Source of the DNA: Patescibacteria group bacterium
GTDB lineage: Bacteria > Patescibacteriota > Minisyncoccia > 2-02-FULL-40-12 > GWA2-44-9
Length of the DNA: 59,945 nucleotides
Reading direction: 5' to 3'
Assembly (NCBI GenBank): GCA_038062135.1
Contig: JBBTXT010000007.1
Span: 1 to 59,945, forward strand
Position numbers and translations under genes: made by a program
Shown here: positions 55,768 to 59,945 of the stretch, in pieces
How positions within the stretch are numbered: position 1 is the stretch's first letter
How the letters are laid out: each line of letters opens with the position of its first letter
Notes under the pieces: generated by a model
Database searches by the model: none
Told to the model about the DNA's origin: nothing
What the model saw: only the letters and a program-made list of their open reading frames with translations

Positions 55768-55885
55768 GCCTTTGCCACGCTACGCAGGCAATTCGCAGGC
55801 GAGCGAGCTTGGTTCCAAGAGCGAGCCGAGACTAGCGCGAGCGCTCGCAGGAAGCGCTAGACGCGGCCTGTCTGCGGGCAAAGGC
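55768..55885 (+). other. GC-rich structured insert bracketed by GCCTTTGCC / GGCAAAGGC, 11 nt upstream of lepA ATG
   Basis: 9-bp outer stem extended by CGC/GCG and GCAGG/CCTGT. Inner hairpin CTAGCGC..GCGCTAG. Repeated GCGAGC motifs. Confidence 0.6.
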
Positions 55886-55896
55886 CGGATTATCAA

Positions 55897-57690
55897 ATGG
55901 AAAACATTCGCAACTTCTGCATCATCGCCCATATTGACCACGGCAAGTCCACTCTGGCGGACCGCTTTTTAGAGTTGACCGGAACCGTTGAGCGCCGAAA
56001 GATGCAGGCTCAATACCTTGACCAGATGGATCTGGAACGGGAGCGCGGCATTACCATCAAACTTCAGCCAGTCAGAATGATGTATAAGAGTGAAGGCAAG
56101 GAGTACATGCTTAACCTTATTGATACTCCCGGACATGTAGACTTTTCGTACGAAGTTTCCCGTTCTTTGGCGGCCGTTGAAGGCGCGATTTTATTGGTAG
56201 ATGCAACCAAGGGTGTCCAGGCGCAGACGCTTGCAAACTTGCATCTCGCCAAAAACCAGGGCCTTACAATTATTCCCGTTGTAAATAAAATAGATTTGCC
56301 AAATGCTCGGACGCCGCAGGTTAAAGAAGAGGTTTCGTATTTGCTTGGCATGGAGCAATCCGAAATCTTGGAAGTTTCGGGCAAGACCGGCCAAAACGTA
56401 GACGCCCTACTTAAAAAAGTTATTGAAAAAGTCCCGGCTCCGAAACCTACCGGCGGTGCGGATGTGCGCGCCTTAATTTTTGATTCTACTTTTGACGCAT
56501 ATAAAGGCGTCATCGCTTATGTGCGTGTCTTTGACGGCCGCATCAAGCGAAGCGATAAAATTATAACCGCCGCGACGCGCGCCAAAGCCGATGCCCTGGA
56601 AGTCGGATTTTTTTCGCCCCAGCTGGTGTCGGGCACTTCTTTGGAAGAAGGGGAGATCGGCTATGTTGCAACCGGACTTAAAGATCCCGGCCAGATTCGC
56701 GTCGGCGACACGATTACGATCCAACACACCGATTTTACTAAGTTTCAGCCGTTGTTTGGTTATCGCGATGTGCGTCCGATGGTGTATGCCAGTTTCTTTC
56801 CGGAAAAAAGAGACGACGACTACGACACACTTAAAGACGCGCTTGGCAAACTCAAACTTACCGATGCGTCGTTGGTGTACGAACCTGAATCTTCGGCTGG
56901 ATTGGGCCGCGGGTTCCGCCTCGGTTTTTTGGGAATGTTGCATGTTGAAATAGTCTCCGAACGCCTCAAGCGTGAGTTCGGCTTGAACCTCATTGTTTCT
57001 TCGCCCTCGGTTGAATATATGGTTACGCTCAAAAATGGCACCGAGACAAGAATTCGTTCTGCCGCCATGCTTCCGGATGTCTCAACCATCCAAAGTATCG
57101 CCGAGCCAATCGTTGATCTTGAGATTATCATGCCCACGCCTTATTTGGGCGCGGTGATGGACTTCGTTGGGACAATTCGCGGACAGTATGTGCGTACGGA
57201 TTATATCGGTACAGAAACAACTCTTTTGGAATATAAAGTTCCGCTTGCGGAGATTATTACCGACTTCTACGACCGCCTGAAAAGCGTGTCGTCCGGCTAT
57301 GCATCCATGAGCTACGAACCAGCCGGTTTTCAGGTGGGTGACCTGGTTCGCTTAGACGTGATGGTGGCAGATGAACTAGTGGAGCCATTTTCTCGGATTA
57401 TTCCCCGCCAAGACGCAAACTACCAGGGCCGCGCCTTAGTTGAAAAACTAAAAACCGTTATTCCCCAACAACTCTTCGCGGTTGCGCTTCAAGCGGTGAT
57501 CGGCGGCAAAGTGATCGCCCGCGAAACGATTTCCGCCCGCCGCAAAGACGTCACCGGCTATCTTTATGGCGGAGACGTTACCCGCAAAATGAAACTTCTC
57601 AAAAAACAAAAGCGCGGCAAAGCCCGCATGAAAGAATCCGGCCGCGTGAACATTCCACACGAAGTCTTTTTAGAGATGCTCAAAAAATAA
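55897..57690 (+). CDS. lepA: elongation factor 4 (LepA)
   Basis: IRNFCIIAHIDHGKSTLADR, DTPGHVDF, NKIDL, C-terminal LKKQKRGKARMK. Confidence 0.96.
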   Translation: MENIRNFCIIAHIDHGKSTLADRFLELTGTVERRKMQAQYLDQMDLERERGITIKLQPVRMMYKSEGKEYMLNLIDTPGHVDFSYEVSRSLAAVEGAILLVDATKGVQAQTLANLHLAKNQGLTIIPVVNKIDLPNARTPQVKEEVSYLLGMEQSEILEVSGKTGQNVDALLKKVIEKVPAPKPTGGADVRALIFDSTFDAYKGVIAYVRVFDGRIKRSDKIITAATRAKADALEVGFFSPQLVSGTSLEEGEIGYVATGLKDPGQIRVGDTITIQHTDFTKFQPLFGYRDVRPMVYASFFPEKRDDDYDTLKDALGKLKLTDASLVYEPESSAGLGRGFRLGFLGMLHVEIVSERLKREFGLNLIVSSPSVEYMVTLKNGTETRIRSAAMLPDVSTIQSIAEPIVDLEIIMPTPYLGAVMDFVGTIRGQYVRTDYIGTETTLLEYKVPLAEIITDFYDRLKSVSSGYASMSYEPAGFQVGDLVRLDVMVADELVEPFSRIIPRQDANYQGRALVEKLKTVIPQQLFAVALQAVIGGKVIARETISARRKDVTGYLYGGDVTRKMKLLKKQKRGKARMKESGRVNIPHEVFLEMLKK

Positions 57691-57769
57691 TTCCTGCTTG
57701 CCCTTCCGAAGTCCCGACCCTGTCGCGGACGAAGGATGGGAGATGTTGAAGAAGTGATATAATATTTAT

Positions 57770-58273
57770 ATGAGCAGATCCTCAATATCTCATTTTTTCA
57801 AACAACTGGGCCTGATGATGGTTATTGTCGGTTCGGGTACGATTATTGATTGGATCGTCCACTCATCTTCGTTACGGTTCCATGTAGAACCGGAATATTA
57901 TTTAGGGAAAATTATTTTTGGAATAGTTTGGAGCCTGATTGCACTCTGGGCTCTGAAGCGATTGGTTCGGGTATCAAGCACGACGACGCTTGCTATCGGT
58001 GTGCCTGCAACCATTGCCCTCTTTTTGCAGACGAAGTACTTCTACCAGGGTTACAATAACTTTTTTGTGTTTCTGTTTCTTGTCCTCCACTTTTTTATGT
58101 TCCTGCCGGGTTCGTTCTGGGCATTTAAGAAACATTCCGAAGTGTTAGTCGGCGATCCAGTTGTCGGTCGCCCTACTCCGGCTCGCTGGGCCGGATTCGC
58201 AGGTCTTATACTGTTGGCTGAATTTGCTTTCTTTGTTTATTTTATCTGGATTCTCAACTACCCTAGGTTTTAA
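57770..58273 (+). CDS. hypothetical membrane protein, 167 aa
   Basis: About 5 TM helices. TGaTATAAT at 57755-57763 lies 6 nt before the ATG. Confidence 0.6.
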   Translation: MSRSSISHFFKQLGLMMVIVGSGTIIDWIVHSSSLRFHVEPEYYLGKIIFGIVWSLIALWALKRLVRVSSTTTLAIGVPATIALFLQTKYFYQGYNNFFVFLFLVLHFFMFLPGSFWAFKKHSEVLVGDPVVGRPTPARWAGFAGLILLAEFAFFVYFIWILNYPRF

Positions 58274-58284
58274 ATGCCAGCCAC

Positions 58285-58315
58285 AAAAGAGCGCCCGGAT
58301 GGGCGCTCTTTTCTT
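58285..58315. terminator. bidirectional terminator AAAAGAGCGCCC-GGAT-GGGCGCTCTTTT
   Basis: Perfect stem with A and T tracts on both sides. Confidence 0.8.
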
Positions 58316-58341
58316 TATTCTTATGGACGGAATGCTATACT

Positions 58342-58428
58342 TTAAAGGAAAGGGATGACAGTAAAGGCCATCATTGCCAGAATGGTCACAATTGCTACGA
58401 TAAGCGTCAAAACCCGTTTAATATTCAT
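58342..58428 (-). CDS. possible 28-aa hydrophobic micro-protein MNIKRVLTLIVAIVTILAMMAFTVIPFL
   Basis: ATG-to-TAA frame ending at the bidirectional terminator. One TM helix. No SD. Below the ORF-track cutoff. Confidence 0.3.
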   Translation of the reverse strand: MNIKRVLTLIVAIVTILAMMAFTVIPFL

Positions 58429-58433
58429 ATTTC

Positions 58434-58952
58434 ATGATACCGCTTAGGGAAAAAGAAAAAGTAATCCGAGTCGTCCGTCGCCATTGGTGGCAGGCCGGCC
58501 GTTCGTTCATCGCACCTGTATTGGCGCTTATTTTGTTTTTTATTCTCCGCTACAGTTTTAAGGTTACTTTTTTCGGCTATTATTGGCAAGTCTTGCTCGT
58601 GCTTTTGGTTGTTGGTGCGTTGTACGGACTGGCCGGATTCTATCGCTGGCAACGTGATGCGCTTATTGTTACCAACCAGCGCCTGGTACGCCAGGAACAG
58701 CGGGGGATTTTGGACAGGGTGGTGACCGAACTTTTATACTCCGATGTCAGTGACATTGCATTTAAGAAGCGCGGGTTTGGTGCGGCGCTTGGTAATCACG
58801 GCACGCTTATTATTCGCACCCTCGGCGATCGTAAAATGCTTATGGATCGCATTCAGCGTCCCGAAGAAGTCGTAGAAATAATTAACAGCGTCCGTCTGTC
58901 GCAGGGTAAAGTTGCAACTGCGGATACCATAGGCTATGGTCAGCTGGCTTAG
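58434..58952 (+). CDS. bacterial PH-domain (bPH_2/YdbT-like) membrane protein
   Basis: EKVIRVVRRHWW followed by two TM helices, then LIVTNQRLV...VTELLYSDVSDI. Confidence 0.7.
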   Translation: MIPLREKEKVIRVVRRHWWQAGRSFIAPVLALILFFILRYSFKVTFFGYYWQVLLVLLVVGALYGLAGFYRWQRDALIVTNQRLVRQEQRGILDRVVTELLYSDVSDIAFKKRGFGAALGNHGTLIIRTLGDRKMLMDRIQRPEEVVEIINSVRLSQGKVATADTIGYGQLA

Positions 58953-59304
58953 CTCCAAAATATTTACGGTTGTGGTGGTTTTGGTTGTGCTTTGGTTTGG
59001 TGTGCGTGCGCTTGACCTTGGAACCCAAAAGGCGGCTTTGAATCGCGAAGTCTCCGAACTGCAGACAAAAATCAACACTCTCACGAAAGATAATAAAGTT
59101 CTACAAAAGTTTATCTCATTTACGCACGATGCTGATTTTCTTGCCCGTGAAGCGCGCCGTCGCTTGAACTTCCGCGCGGCGGATGAGCATGTGGCGTTTG
59201 TGTATCCGAGTGAAGATAAAACCGCCTCTGCTTCCGGAGAATTATCGGATAAATCATTTCTGGCAAAAGTTAAAGACTGGTTGTATGATACATTTCGAAA
59301 ATAG
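58936..59304 (+). CDS. ftsB: septum formation initiator (FtsB/DivIC-like)
   Basis: N-terminal TM helix, coiled coil (LNREVSELQTKINTLTKDNKVLQ), then ARRRLNFRAADEHVAFV. Confidence 0.75.
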   Translation: MVSWLSSKIFTVVVVLVVLWFGVRALDLGTQKAALNREVSELQTKINTLTKDNKVLQKFISFTHDADFLAREARRRLNFRAADEHVAFVYPSEDKTASASGELSDKSFLAKVKDWLYDTFRK

Positions 59305-59945
59305 ACGGGCTTTGCCACGCCGTAGGTTCGCTTCGGCGAACCGAAGGCGGGAGTAGTACAGTGGTAGTACGGTTGCTTCCCAAGCAACAGATGCGGGTCC
59401 GATTCCCGTCTCCCGCTCCAGAATTAGACCTTCCGGTTTTTGACCGACGAATCGGTGGGCGGCACGAAGTGCCGCCCATTGGTTTTCCCCCGACAAATCC
59501 TCTCCGCTCGGAGCGCGGAGGCGCGCCTCGCGGTTGGCTAAAACGAGGTTCGAGCCGAACACTTGTTCGGCAGCAACCTTTTTTAGAAAAAGGTTGCTAT
59601 CCCTTGCGGTTTTCTCAAGAGAAGAAGCGACTTTTATCCATTCTCTCATCGGTTCGAGCCAACCATTCTGCTTTTGTTCAAGATTGGTCATTTGCTCCTC
59701 CAGCGACTTCTTTTCGGAAAGGAGTTTGGCTTTTTCAGTTCGGTAAATCTCGCGGTCTATGTCCTGCTCCAAATAGCCGTCAAGAAGTCGCTGGAGTTTG
59801 GTGGCAATGACTTTGATTCTCTCTTGGCTTGTTTGAACAAAAGCAGAAACGGATTGGGCGGACTTTGATTTGTCTTTTTCTAATTTTGCATTTAGTTTTT
59901 CCGCCCAATCCGCAGGCAAAGAAACTTTTTGAAGCAGAGAGGAAA
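59254..59945 (-). CDS. C-terminal fragment of a large serine recombinase-like protein (5' end outside the window; the portion left of about 59421 is antisense to tRNA-Gly and doubtful)
   Basis: Frame is open to the window edge. KLQRLLDGYLEQDIDREIYRTEKAKLLSEKKSLEEQMTNLE is a coiled coil, and FGSNLVLANREA..NQWAAL resembles recombinase C-termini as I recall them. Confidence 0.55.
   Translation of the reverse strand, partial: SSLLQKVSLPADWAEKLNAKLEKDKSKSAQSVSAFVQTSQERIKVIATKLQRLLDGYLEQDIDREIYRTEKAKLLSEKKSLEEQMTNLEQKQNGWLEPMREWIKVASSLEKTARDSNLFLKKVAAEQVFGSNLVLANREARLRAPSGEDLSGENQWAALRAAHRFVGQKPEGLILERETGIGPASVAWEATVLPLYYSRLRFAEANLRRGKARLFSKCIIQPVFNFCQK
59347..59420 (+). tRNA. tRNA-Gly (anticodon CCC), CCA encoded
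   Basis: Acceptor GCGGGAG/CTCCCGC; D-arm GTAC-AGTGGTA-GTAC; anticodon arm GTTGC-TTCCCAA-GCAAC; T-arm GCGGG-TCCGATT-CCCGT. Confidence 0.92.
59457..59486 (+). terminator. hairpin GGGCGGCAC-GAA-GTGCCGCCC followed by ATTGGTTTT, downstream of tRNA-Gly
   Basis: 9-bp GC stem and a T-run. Lies antisense inside the recombinase frame. Confidence 0.4.

Noticed and set aside
55733-55972. 79-aa ORF spanning the GC-rich insert and the lepA start.
   Set aside because: It is produced by the GC-rich structured segment, overlaps lepA out of frame, and uses a non-ATG start without signals.
58734-59387. 217-aa minus-strand ORF.
   Set aside because: It is antisense to the bPH and FtsB-like genes and runs into tRNA-Gly. 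There is no support for it.

Overview
All calls below were made by eye and are not tool-verified. RNA and hairpin ends are good to a few nt, and all GC statements are visual judgements.

This is a gene-dense, standard-code bacterial window. TGA is used as a stop and there is no sign of recoding. Content and style suggest a small-genome Patescibacteria/CPR (Parcubacteria-like) organism; this is an inference. The supporting traits are:
- a DUF4012 protein beside glycosyltransferases and MurJ
- low-complexity tails on S16 and NusB
- many genes without a Shine-Dalgarno sequence
- divergent glycolytic enzymes
- large orphan proteins

**Core content**
- RNA genes: tmRNA (cut at the left edge), tRNA-Leu(CAA), tRNA-Gly(CCC), and a long RNase P RNA.
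- Translation: smpB, five aminoacyl-tRNA synthetases (ArgRS, IleRS, GlyRS, PheRS, ThrRS), gatB, miaA, secE-nusG-rplK, rpmF, nusB, rnc, rpsP, lepA.
- DNA metabolism: gyrB, dnaE, topA, recO, dprA, parAB, rnhA.
- Metabolism: glyA-folD, tpiA-pgk.
- Envelope glycan cluster: sugar-phosphate transferase, two GT4 genes, DUF4012, murJ.

**Most notable observations**
1. IleRS carries an in-frame histidine-phosphatase (PGAM-like) domain of about 195 aa inside its catalytic core.
2. PheRS is a single-chain, mitochondrial-FARS2-like enzyme (PheS core plus a C-terminal FDX-ACB domain), with no pheT beside it.
3. A conserved core of about 45 nt (GTGCGGGTAGGCGGCGGGAC..TTTATAAT..ATGGCA) sits inside 19-24 bp stems. 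The stems differ between copies but stay complementary, with G:U pairs only in the sense strand. It occurs three times, each immediately upstream of a start codon (dnaE, glyA, a GT4 gene). In two copies a 13-codon MAGL.. mini-ORF ends in ATGA on the gene start.
4. An ALDH/LuxC-like domain is fused to a Pol-beta nucleotidyltransferase, in an AT-rich block shared with argS.
5. Several GC-rich genes with strong Shine-Dalgarno sequences look like imports: a 3-gene block between ssrA and smpB, dcd-tmk splitting the rplK cluster, and two single genes. This contrasts with a recurrent leaderless-type (TGn)TANNNT-N6-8-ATG layout on native genes.
6. A serine-recombinase fragment at the right edge reads into tRNA-Gly, so an integrated element probably lies just outside the window.

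No CRISPR array, reverse transcriptase or recognisable defence operon was seen.
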